From assembly GCA_965199495.1 (NCBI GenBank), contig CBDASK010000003.1:2080001-2144000 (forward strand): a stretch of DNA of 64,000 nucleotides. The letters run 5' to 3'. Shown one piece after another: positions 48,382 to 57,700 of the stretch (position 1 is its first letter; every line of letters starts with the position of its first letter). Below the pieces are notes generated by a model. The model saw only the letters and a list, made by a program, of their open reading frames with translations. It was not told the DNA's origin and made no database searches. A program made the translations under genes and the position numbers. The DNA comes from Abditibacterium sp. (GTDB lineage Bacteria; Armatimonadota; Abditibacteriia; Abditibacteriales; Abditibacteriaceae).

Positions 48382-50145
48382 ATGGCCAAAAATCGCAATC
48401 GCCGCGACGATTCCTTTGAAGATTCCGGCGCCAATCCTTTCCAAAATTTCCCCGAAACGCAACTCGATGCGCCGGGACTTTTAGACGAAATTCTCAATTC
48501 GGGCCGCGTTGACGATTCGCGCACTTACAACACGTTGTTGCTGCTGCGCCATCAACTCGAAACCGACAAAAAACAACTCGAAGAAGCCGCCGAAGTTATC
48601 GGTCAATACGAGGAGGCTTATAACAAACTCACCCAGCCCGCCAATCGCATCGGCGTTTATCTGGGCAAACCGCCCGAAGAACGCGTCAAACGCAAAGTCG
48701 AACCCGAAAAACCCGACGAATTGGCGCTCATCGCCGTCGGCGATCAGGAATTCGTGGTGCAGGTTGACCCGAACATTGACGAACCCAAATTCGACATCGG
48801 CACGCGCGTCAAAGTCAACGAGGGTTACGCCGTCGTCGGCGATATGGGGCCAGCCGAAAACGGGCCAATCGCCAAAATTTCCGAAGTCATGGACGACGGG
48901 CGACTGCGCGTCTCGTCCGATCCGCAGGGAATGCAGGGCCGCATCGTCTATCGCGGCGAGAAGATTTTGGGCACCGAACTCAAAGTCGGCGACGAAGTGC
49001 GCATGGAGCCGTTTTTCAAAGTCGCGCTCGAACTTTTCGTCGGCAATGAAACGCGCGATTATTTTCTGGAAGAAGTGCCCGAACTGCCGTGGGAGAAAAT
49101 CGGCGGCCAGGAAGAAGCGATTCAATTGATCCGCGATACCATCGAGATGCCGCTTTTGTATCCCGAATTGTTCGAGCGTTTCGGCAAAAAACCGATCAAG
49201 GGCATTTTGCTGTTCGGCCCGCCCGGATGCGGCAAAACTTTGATTGGCAAGGCGACGGCTTACAACCTGACGCGCGCTTTCAACGAGCGCACGGGACAGG
49301 ATTTGAAAGAATATTTCATGCTCATCAACGGGCCGCAAATTTTGAATATGTGGCTGGGCGAAAGCGAGCGCCAAGTGCGCGAGATTTTCCAGACCGCGCG
49401 CGAAAAAGCCAAAGAAGGCCACTTGGTTTTCATCTTCATTGACGAAGCCGAATCGTTGCTCCGCACGCGTTCTTCGGGGAGAATGGGCAACATCAACAAC
49501 ACTTTGGTGCCGCAGTTCGCCGCCGAAATGGACGGCTTGGTTTCGATGGAAAACGTCGTGGTGATGCTGACATCGAACCGGCCCGACTACATCGACCCGG
49601 CGATTTTGCGTCCCTCGCGTATTGATCGCAAAGTCAAGATTCGGCGACCCGACAAAGCGGCGTCGCGCGACATCTTCGAGATTTATTTGCGCGAAGATTT
49701 GCCCTACGATCCGGCGCTACTCAAGAGCCACGGCGGCGACGTGGCTGCATCGCGCGCACAGTTGGCAAACATGGCGACCGATTACACGTTTCGTCGCACG
49801 CCGGAAACCGAGTTTTTGGAGGTCTACACGCGCGCGGGCGGCGTCGAGACTTTGCACTACAAAGATTTAGTTTCGGGCGCTCTCATCGAGAGCATCGTCG
49901 AGCGCGCCAAGGATTTCGTTATCAAACGTTCGATTGACGTGAAATCGAGTCAGGAAGGTTTGGGCGAAGACGACTTGAAAAAAGCGATTGACGCCGAGTT
50001 CAAGGAAAACGAGATTTTCCCCAAGACCGACAATATCGAGGATTGGATGAAGTTGCTCGATTACGATCAGGAAAATGTGGTGACGCTCAAGCCGATTCGT
50101 CCGGGTTCGCGTGACCGCGAACGCAGTGTGCGCGGCGTGATTTAG
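48382..50145 (+). CDS. arc: ARC/Mpa-type proteasome-associated AAA+ ATPase
   Basis: N-terminal coiled coil plus OB region; 'LEEVP...IGG', GPPGCGKT, FIDEAE, SNRPDYIDPAILRP, 'VSGALIESIVERAK'. Confidence 0.88.
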   Translation: MAKNRNRRDDSFEDSGANPFQNFPETQLDAPGLLDEILNSGRVDDSRTYNTLLLLRHQLETDKKQLEEAAEVIGQYEEAYNKLTQPANRIGVYLGKPPEERVKRKVEPEKPDELALIAVGDQEFVVQVDPNIDEPKFDIGTRVKVNEGYAVVGDMGPAENGPIAKISEVMDDGRLRVSSDPQGMQGRIVYRGEKILGTELKVGDEVRMEPFFKVALELFVGNETRDYFLEEVPELPWEKIGGQEEAIQLIRDTIEMPLLYPELFERFGKKPIKGILLFGPPGCGKTLIGKATAYNLTRAFNERTGQDLKEYFMLINGPQILNMWLGESERQVREIFQTAREKAKEGHLVFIFIDEAESLLRTRSSGRMGNINNTLVPQFAAEMDGLVSMENVVVMLTSNRPDYIDPAILRPSRIDRKVKIRRPDKAASRDIFEIYLREDLPYDPALLKSHGGDVAASRAQLANMATDYTFRRTPETEFLEVYTRAGGVETLHYKDLVSGALIESIVERAKDFVIKRSIDVKSSQEGLGEDDLKKAIDAEFKENEIFPKTDNIEDWMKLLDYDQENVVTLKPIRPGSRDRERSVRGVI

Positions 50146-50164
50146 TTGCCGGTTCGGTTAAAAT

Positions 50165-50198
50165 AAAACGGCGCGTTCCTGCGGGAGCGCGCCGTTTT
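50165..50198 (+). terminator. Terminator-like hairpin after arc
   Basis: AAAACGGCGCGTTCC-TGCG-GGAGCGCGCCGTTTT. Confidence 0.7.
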
Positions 50199-50201
50199 GC
50201 T

Positions 50202-51485
50202 ATGCCCGCCAATTTTCCAACACAAATCAGCGCCGACGGGCGTTTCTTGCAAACCGCCGACGGCACGCCGTTTTTCTGGCTCGCCGATACCGCATGGGAA
50301 CTGTTTCACCGTTTGTCGCGCGAAGAGGCCGATTTTTATCTGCAAACGCGCGCCCGCCAGGGCTACACCGTGATTCAAGCCGTCGTTTTGGCCGAGTTCG
50401 ACGGTTTGCACGAGCCCAATTTTTATGGCGATTTGCCGTTGCAGGGCGACGATCCGACCAAGCCCATCGAAGCGTATTTCGCTCATGTGGATTGGGTCGT
50501 GAAGCGCGCCAACGCGCTGGGCCTGACCATCGGGATGTTGCCGACTTGGGGCGACAAATGGAACAAAAAGTGGGGCGTTGGGCCAGAAATTTTTACGCCC
50601 GAAAACGCGCGGATTTACGGAAATTGGTTGGGTAATCGTTACCAAAACGCGGCGATTGTGTGGATTTTAGGAGGCGACCGGCCCATCGAAAACGAAACGC
50701 ACCGCGCCATTGTGGAAAGCATGGCGGCGGGCGTGGCTGCAAGCTCGAAGCACCTGAAAACGTTGCATCCCAACGGCGGCCAAACTTCGGCGCAATGGTT
50801 TCACGACGCGCCGTGGCTCGATTTCAACATGATGCAAACTGGGCATGGGCGCAACTCGGCTAATTACCAAAAAATCGCCGAAGATTACGCGCGCACTCCC
50901 GTCAAGCCGGTCATTGATGGCGAGCCGGGCTACGAAGATCATCCCGCCGGATTTCAGATAGAAAACGGTTATTTGGACGATTATGACAACCGCAAAAGTT
51001 TGTATTGGGCGCTGTTGTCGGGCACGGCGGGCCACACCTACGGTTGCCACGCCGTCTGGCAGATGCTGAGTCCGAAGCATCCGGCGATTAATCATCCGCG
51101 TTTGCCGTGGCGACAATCGCTGGAACTGGCGGGCGCACGGCAAATGCACCTGGCAAGGCAAATTTTGGCGCCGAGCTGGGGCCATCTCGTGCCCGATCAA
51201 TCTTTGATTATCGAGCAGCCACGCCAGGACGGGCAAGCCTTGGATTACGCGCACCTCGCCGCCGCGCGCGAGGCCAACGGCGCACGCGTCTGGATTTACT
51301 GTCCGCTCGATTGGGCCTTTGAAGTGGACACTTCCAATTTGCCCGACGCGCATCTGCGCGCCCATTGGATCGACCCGCGAACCGGCGAAGCTATGCCCGG
51401 CGAAGAGTTCGCGCGCGGCGCGCGGCGTAAGTTTCAGGCGCCGGGCTGGGGGCCGGATTGGATTTTAAGTTTGCAAGCCGTCTGA
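50202..51485 (+). CDS. GH140/DUF4038 apiosidase-like glycoside hydrolase with a C-terminal beta domain
   Basis: Motifs DGTPFFWLADTAW, WILGGD, FNMMQTGH, KPVIDGEPGYE, GHTYG, WIDPRTG. Confidence 0.88.
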   Translation: MPANFPTQISADGRFLQTADGTPFFWLADTAWELFHRLSREEADFYLQTRARQGYTVIQAVVLAEFDGLHEPNFYGDLPLQGDDPTKPIEAYFAHVDWVVKRANALGLTIGMLPTWGDKWNKKWGVGPEIFTPENARIYGNWLGNRYQNAAIVWILGGDRPIENETHRAIVESMAAGVAASSKHLKTLHPNGGQTSAQWFHDAPWLDFNMMQTGHGRNSANYQKIAEDYARTPVKPVIDGEPGYEDHPAGFQIENGYLDDYDNRKSLYWALLSGTAGHTYGCHAVWQMLSPKHPAINHPRLPWRQSLELAGARQMHLARQILAPSWGHLVPDQSLIIEQPRQDGQALDYAHLAAAREANGARVWIYCPLDWAFEVDTSNLPDAHLRAHWIDPRTGEAMPGEEFARGARRKFQAPGWGPDWILSLQAV

Positions 51486-51664
51486 AAAAGGGCGCATCAG
51501 AAAAGTTAGGCTTATTTTGAGCGCACCGGAGCAACACTTTGCGCAATTTTCGTTGGAGTCGCGCGCGGCTCTTGCGCGTTGCTGACAAACCGAATAATTT
51601 TCGAGACGTTCTATACTGGCGTTTCTCGTTTGAACTTTGGTCGAACTCAAGCGTAGCTCAAGTT

Positions 51665-52633
51665 ATGTCCCTTCAAAAAATTCTGCTCGTGCAGCCGCGC
51701 GGCTTTTGCGCCGGAGTCGTGCGCGCGGTCGCCATCGTCGAAGAAGCCCTCGAAATTACCACGCCGATTTATGTGCGCAAAGAAATCGTGCATAACAAAC
51801 ACGTCGTGCAGGATTTGCGCGAGCGCGGCGCGGTTTTCGTCAACGAAATCGAGGAAATTCCTGCGGGCGAGCCGGGCAAACCCAGCGTTTGCATCTTTTC
51901 GGCGCACGGCGTCTCGCCCGAAGTGCGTCGTCAGGCCCGCGAAAAAAGCTTGTTTGTCATTGACGCGACTTGCCCGCTCGTCACCAAAGTTCACATGGAG
52001 GCGATTCGTTTCGCCAAAGAGGGCTACTCGATTATTCTCATCGGGCACAACGGCCACGAGGAAGTCGAGGGCACGATGGGCGAAGCGCCCTTTGCCATGA
52101 CGCTGGTCGAATCGGTCGAAGACGTGGAAAATTTGACCTTGCCCGATCCGGAAAAATTGATTTATCTGACGCAAACCACTTTGTCCGTTGACGATACGGC
52201 GGCGATTATCGAAGCGTTGAAACTCAAGTTTCCGCAAATGACGCCGCCGCCCAAAGAAGATATTTGCTATGCGACGACCAACCGCCAGCACGCCGTCAAG
52301 CAGTTGGCGCCTTTATGCGATTTGATTCTGGTCATCGGCGCCAAAAATAGTTCCAACTCGGCGCGCTTGCGCGAAACGGCGGAACTGTGCGGCACGACTT
52401 CTTATTTGATTGACGATCAAACGCAAATCCGCGACGAATGGTTCGACGGCGTAGCGACCGTCGGCATCACGGCGGGCGCGAGTGCGCCGGAAATTTTGGT
52501 GGATCGCGTCATCGAAAATTTGCACGGACGCGGCCCGGACGTGAAAGTCGAAACCCTCGACATTGCCGAAGAAGACGTGTTTTTCAAGTTGCCGACGACG
52601 ATCCAAAAATTGCCAGTTTTGATGAATAATTAG
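51665..52633 (+). CDS. ispH: 4-hydroxy-3-methylbut-2-enyl diphosphate reductase
   Basis: Motifs PRGFCAGV, IVHN, SAHG, DATCPLV, QTT, ICYAT, SSNS, TAGASAP. Confidence 0.98.
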   Translation: MSLQKILLVQPRGFCAGVVRAVAIVEEALEITTPIYVRKEIVHNKHVVQDLRERGAVFVNEIEEIPAGEPGKPSVCIFSAHGVSPEVRRQAREKSLFVIDATCPLVTKVHMEAIRFAKEGYSIILIGHNGHEEVEGTMGEAPFAMTLVESVEDVENLTLPDPEKLIYLTQTTLSVDDTAAIIEALKLKFPQMTPPPKEDICYATTNRQHAVKQLAPLCDLILVIGAKNSSNSARLRETAELCGTTSYLIDDQTQIRDEWFDGVATVGITAGASAPEILVDRVIENLHGRGPDVKVETLDIAEEDVFFKLPTTIQKLPVLMNN

Positions 52634-52738
52634 CCACGAAAAAGCACAAAAGCAACAAAAAAGTTTGGAAGAAAGCGTTTAAAATGCGGGCGCTTTCTTC
52701 CAAACTTTTTTGTTGCTTTTGTGCTTTTTCGTAGCTAA
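52630..52738. repeat. 48-bp inverted repeat (1 mismatch) between convergent ispH and the pfk-like gene; may also act as a terminator
   Basis: TTAGCCACGAAAAAGCACAAAAGCAAC...GAAAGCG pairs with CGCTTTC...GTGCTTTTTCGTAGCTAA. Confidence 0.9.
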
Positions 52739-52740
52739 AA

Positions 52741-53874
52741 TTAACTTAAAGCCGCGTATTCCGGTAACGCGCCGCCCAAAAGTGGGCGCGCCCAATCCAA
52801 AAATTCGTCCGAGACATTGGTTTCGCCCGCGATGAATTCGTCGGGGAAAACGCGCGGGAACTCTTCGACTTGATCGAGTTGAAGCGTCTGCTCGATGACT
52901 TTGTAACCGCGTTCGCCGCGCGCTTCGCCTTCGCGGCCAATTGCCACGACGTAACCGCTCAAATCGTCGTCGGCCAAGCGCACGATGAGTTGGCCCAGAT
53001 TATAGGCTTCCTCGGCGTCGCCGCGCGCGATGTTGGCGCCCGAAACGCTGGTCGTCAGGCCCAAGCGGTCGTATCTGGCGGGCAAATTCAATCTTGTCGA
53101 AAGTTGTTCGGTCAGGCTGGCGGCGTCCAAAGCATTGCCGTTTTTGTCGCGCGCGGCGTCGGTCGTCACGACGACGACATAGCCGTGTTTCTGGTGCGCG
53201 CGGCGCATTTCCTCGACCAATTCATCCAGATCAACCTGCCGTTCGGGCAGCAAAATCGCGTGGGGCGCCGAGTTGAACTCGTCGCGCGCCAGCGCCGTGG
53301 CTGCTGCCAGCCAACCGGCTCCGGCGCCGCCAAATTCCAACACCACAATCGGTTCTTCGCCGCCCATCGCGCCGCGCCCGGCGTCGCGCGCCAGCAGCGC
53401 CGCCGCGCGCGCCGCGCTGCCATAGCCGGGGCAATGATCGCCCGCCGCAACTTCGTTTTCGGGCGAAACCGGCACGCACAAAACGCTCAATTCGTAACCG
53501 GCGGTTTTCGCGGCTTTGACGGCGAATTTGGCGCCTTCGATGGCGGGCAAACCGCCGATGAAAATCAGTGTGCCGATCTCGCGTTTGGTCAACGCTTCGA
53601 TGAGTTTGGGGCCATCTTCGTCGGTCATGGCGCGTGTGCGCCCACCCAAGATCGAGCCGGGCGTGCGCCGCAACGCCTCGACGGTTTTATGCTTTTGCAT
53701 GCCCAAATCAATGATGCGGTCGTCCAAAACGCCGGGCAAACCAGCGATGGCGCCCCACACTTCCAACAAATCGGCGCCTTCGCCGACCTGATCTAAAACG
53801 CCCGCGATGACGCCGTTGGTGATCGCCGTTGGCGCGCCCGCCGCTACAATTAATCCGTTTTCGCCTCTTGCCAT
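52741..53874 (-). CDS. Phosphofructokinase-family (PPi-PFK-like) protein with degenerate catalytic motifs
   Basis: PFK fold motifs in order (GAPTAITN, TPGSILG, FIGG, DHCPGYGSAA, AGWLAAA, APHAILLPE, DAEEAY.LG, FLDWARPL); ATG at 53874. Confidence 0.85.
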   Translation of the reverse strand: MARGENGLIVAAGAPTAITNGVIAGVLDQVGEGADLLEVWGAIAGLPGVLDDRIIDLGMQKHKTVEALRRTPGSILGGRTRAMTDEDGPKLIEALTKREIGTLIFIGGLPAIEGAKFAVKAAKTAGYELSVLCVPVSPENEVAAGDHCPGYGSAARAAALLARDAGRGAMGGEEPIVVLEFGGAGAGWLAAATALARDEFNSAPHAILLPERQVDLDELVEEMRRAHQKHGYVVVVTTDAARDKNGNALDAASLTEQLSTRLNLPARYDRLGLTTSVSGANIARGDAEEAYNLGQLIVRLADDDLSGYVVAIGREGEARGERGYKVIEQTLQLDQVEEFPRVFPDEFIAGETNVSDEFLDWARPLLGGALPEYAALS

Positions 53875-53899
53875 AATATTAGTAATTTTATCCTCTGTT

Positions 53900-54066
53900 T
53901 TGATCGAAACGCGCCGGAGACCGCTCGCAAATCCCAAAAGAAAAGCCGATGGCGCCAATGGCGCCTCGGCTCTTGCTTCTCTCACTGCGGTTGCGGCAAC
54001 GGCTGCAACCTTCCACTGCGTTTCAACTCTTACTTTTAAGGTTATCATTTCGGGCGCGTCTCAACA
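53900..54066. ncRNA. Candidate structured RNA (6S-like, or a leader/attenuator) between the pfk-like gene and ygfA
   Basis: Ends pair (GAAACGCGCC / GGGCGCGTCTC); two internal hairpins; lies upstream of ygfA, the usual 6S RNA locus. Confidence 0.3.
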
Positions 54067-54105
54067 ATCGCACGCCACCAAAATCTGACGTTCAATCGCA
54101 CTTTC

Positions 54106-54684
54106 ATGACGCTTTCTCCCGCCGATATTTCGCGCCAAAAAGCCGAGTTGCGCCGCGAAATGAAGTCATATCGCGCGCAACTCGGCGAACAAGAACGCGC
54201 CCGCGCGTCGCAGAAATTATGCGATATTTTGTCAAATTGGCTGCGCACGCGCGATGAAAATCGCATCGCGATTTATCTGGCGTTGCCCACCGAAATCAAT
54301 CTGGATGCGCTGGGCGCCGAATTAATCGAACGCGATAAAATCGTGTGCGCCCCGCGCTTGGATACAGCCACGGGCACGATGTGTTTCGCGCGCTTGCCCG
54401 ATTTAGACGCTGTGACGCGCGGCGCTTACGGCGTGCGCGAACCGGTTGCGAGCGAGATTGTGCGCCCGCAACTGGCACTCGTGCCCGCTTTGGCTTTCGA
54501 CCAAACCGGCGGACGATTGGGCATGGGCGGCGGCTGGTATGACCGCGCTTTGTCCGATATTTCGGTCAAAGTTGGCGTGGGTTTCGGTGCCCAAATCGTG
54601 GCAAACGTTCCGGTTGAGGCGCACGATATTAAAATGGATTGGTTGGCCAGTGAAACCGGTTTGTGGCGCGTGCAAACGCGTTGA
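54106..54684 (+). CDS. ygfA: 5-formyltetrahydrofolate cyclo-ligase
   Basis: Motifs KAELR, EIN, GVREP, VPALAFD..GGRLGMGGGWYDR, HDIKMD. Confidence 0.94.
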   Translation: MTLSPADISRQKAELRREMKSYRAQLGEQERARASQKLCDILSNWLRTRDENRIAIYLALPTEINLDALGAELIERDKIVCAPRLDTATGTMCFARLPDLDAVTRGAYGVREPVASEIVRPQLALVPALAFDQTGGRLGMGGGWYDRALSDISVKVGVGFGAQIVANVPVEAHDIKMDWLASETGLWRVQTR

Positions 54685-54737
54685 TCCATTCGCGGGAACA
54701 TTTTTTCTCGCAATCCGGTCACACTTTCCGATAACCG

Positions 54738-57700
54738 ATGAAATCCCTCTTTCGATTCGCCGCTCTGGCGACGCTGCTCCTGTTTTTCTGCGCTGTTTCG
54801 GCGCGCGCACAAAACGCTATGAAACCTAATTTGCGCCAACAGGCCGATGCCGCGTTTAACGAGAAATCGTATGCGCGCGCCGTCGAGCTTTACCGTCAAG
54901 TCAAAGCCGCCGGGCCGTCGCTCGACGAAGCGATTGTCAATTATAATATCGCGGTCTCGCTTTTCAAAATGGAAAAGTGGGACGACGCGATTAAAGCGGC
55001 CAATTACACCCTCGAAAACTCCGATTGGAAGGCGCGCGTTTTGTATTTGCTGGGCCAAATTTACGTCAAAGTTCCGCATCAGGGCTACGAAGTGAACGGC
55101 CAAATTTATCGCGGCGACGAATATCCCGTCGTCGCGGGCGCCGAAAAACCGGAATTGAAATATATCGCGAACGAAGACCAGAAACAGGCGCTCGATTATT
55201 TCGAGAGCGCCAAAGTCGCCGCGCAAAAAGAGCGTTATAACGCCGAACATAATAAATATTTCGCGCCGATTTACCCGATGGCCGCGCGCGAAGAGATCGA
55301 TTTGAATTTCGATCTCGCGGCTTATTTGCCAATTGCCAGTTTCGACGAGTTCATTAAACAGATGGACGCCGACCCGCAACTCAAAGGCGGCGCAATTGAC
55401 CCGCAGCAAAATTACGATGTCGAATGGATTTTGCCGCGTAAAGTTCTGACGCTTTACGCCGAAATCCGCGCGTTAGATAACGCCGATAAAAAGCCCGATG
55501 CCGCGCCTTCGTTTTACGCGCAAGGTTTGTTCGAGCGCGCTTATCGCCAGCGCATGGACGGTTGGGCGCGCAAATACGACGAGAAAACCCAAACCACCAT
55601 CACGCGGCCCTATCCGTATAACGACCGCACCGCCGTGGCTTCGTGGCGCGCCCTCGTGACGCAATTTCCCGATTCGAGTCTGGCTCCGCAATGTCTGATT
55701 CTCATCTCGCAAACGCAGCAGCAAGATAGCGACCTGATAGCAGCCACGGCGACGCTGCGCGAACTGATCCAGAAATATCCCAAAACGAAATGGGTTTCCG
55801 ATGCGCGCGCGACTATCGCGCAAATCGAGAAACACGAGGTTTCGTTTGGCATTTCGGAAGCCACGCGGCCCGGCGTGCAGCCGAAATTGAGCGTCAGCGC
55901 GCGCAACGTCAAGACAGTTAATTTCGCGGCTTATAAAGTGAAGTTGGAAGATACTCTGGCGGCGCCGGGCAACCTGAAAAACGCCGATACGCAATTCACC
56001 GAGTTTTCCGAGAATTTCGGCACTATCGCGGCGGCGACCAAAAAATTCGGCCAACCGGTCGCGACGTGGAAATTCGACACGCAGACCAAATCGGATTACC
56101 AACCCACGAACGGCGAAACCCGCGTTCCGGTCGAGAAAATCGGCGCGTATGCGGTTGTCGCCGAAGCGGGCGGCGTGCGGTTCGCTCAAATCGTGGTGAT
56201 TACCGATTTGACGTTGCTCAAGAAAGTGGATAAAAACGGCAGTTTCGTGTTCGTCGCTAACGACAAAACGGGCGAAGCCGTGAACGGCGTCAATGTCATT
56301 TTGAAAGAAACCTGGGATTACAATCCGCGCCTGACCGAATTTGCTCAGGGCCAGTCGAACGATGGCGGATTTTTCGACAAAACACGCAGCTCCAAGGCAG
56401 ATGATAATCGTCAGGTCGAGGCGTTCGCGTGGAGCGGCGACCGTTATGCGCTGACCGGCGCGCAGGGCAACTATTTTGGATACAACGGTGACGGCGAAGA
56501 TCAACGCGCGTTGGGCACGACCGACCGGCCCGTTTATCGGCCCGGCCAGAAAGTCAATTTTCGCCAGATTTTGACGGCGCGCAAAGGCGGCGATTGGAAT
56601 CCACTTGTGGGCGCCACGATTCGCGTGACGGCCACAAATCCCAAAGGCGAAGAGATTTATCGCAAAGATTTCACGTCGAGCGAATTTGGAACTGTTAATG
56701 GCGACTTCCAATTGCCCACCGAAACGCCATTGGGCGTTTACAATGTCAGCGCAATTCTGATTAAAGCCGATAAATCCGAAGACGGTCTGGGCGGCACGCA
56801 ATTTCGCGTTGAAGAATATAAACGGCCCGAATTTGAAGTCACGGTTTCGGCGCCGACCGAAGCCAAACGGCCCGGCGAAGTTGTGGCGGCGCGCATCAAC
56901 GCGAAGTATTATTTCGGCGCGCCCGTTCCCAATGCCAAGGTGAAATATACGGTTCGCAAAGCCAGCTGGTATGCGGGTTATCATTTCCCGTCGCCCTACG
57001 ATTGGCTGTATGCGAGTTGGGGCGTCGGCGATTACGATACCGGACGCCGCAACATCGGTGGCGAAGGTTCGGGCAAGATTATCAAAGAAGGCGAAGTGAC
57101 GACCGACGACAAAGGGTTCGCCGAATTGAGTTTTAAAACCGATGAAATCGAGCCGATTGACGATAACAATTGGTGGGCGCGCTATTCCAATCCGCTTTAT
57201 ACGATTGAAGCCGAAGTGACGGATGCTTCGCGGCGCACGATTGAGGCGCAAGGGCAAGTCAAAGTCGCGCGCCAGCAGTATTTCGCTTTTTTGAATACCG
57301 ACAACGGCTATTTCCAGCAGGGCGACCGCGTGCCAGTTGAACTGCGCACGCAGGACGCCAACGAACAGCCGGTGGCTGCATCGGGCAAGATGGTGGTTTA
57401 CCGTCTGTTGCCGGGCGATAAAGAAGAAAAAGTCTTCGAGCAAGCGATTTCGACCAACGCGCAGGGTTACGCCAAATGGATTTGGGAAGCCAAAGATTCG
57501 GGGCAATTTCGCGTCGAATATCAGGCGACTGACGAGTGGAATCAGGAAGTCAAAGCGTCGCAGGAAATCTGGGTTGTCGGCGACCAAATCGGCGCGGTTC
57601 GCTTGCGCGGCGTGACGATTTTATTGGACAAAGAATCGTATGCCGAAGGCGACACGCTCAAGGCGCGATTGGTGGCTGACAAGCCGGGCGCGACGGTTTT

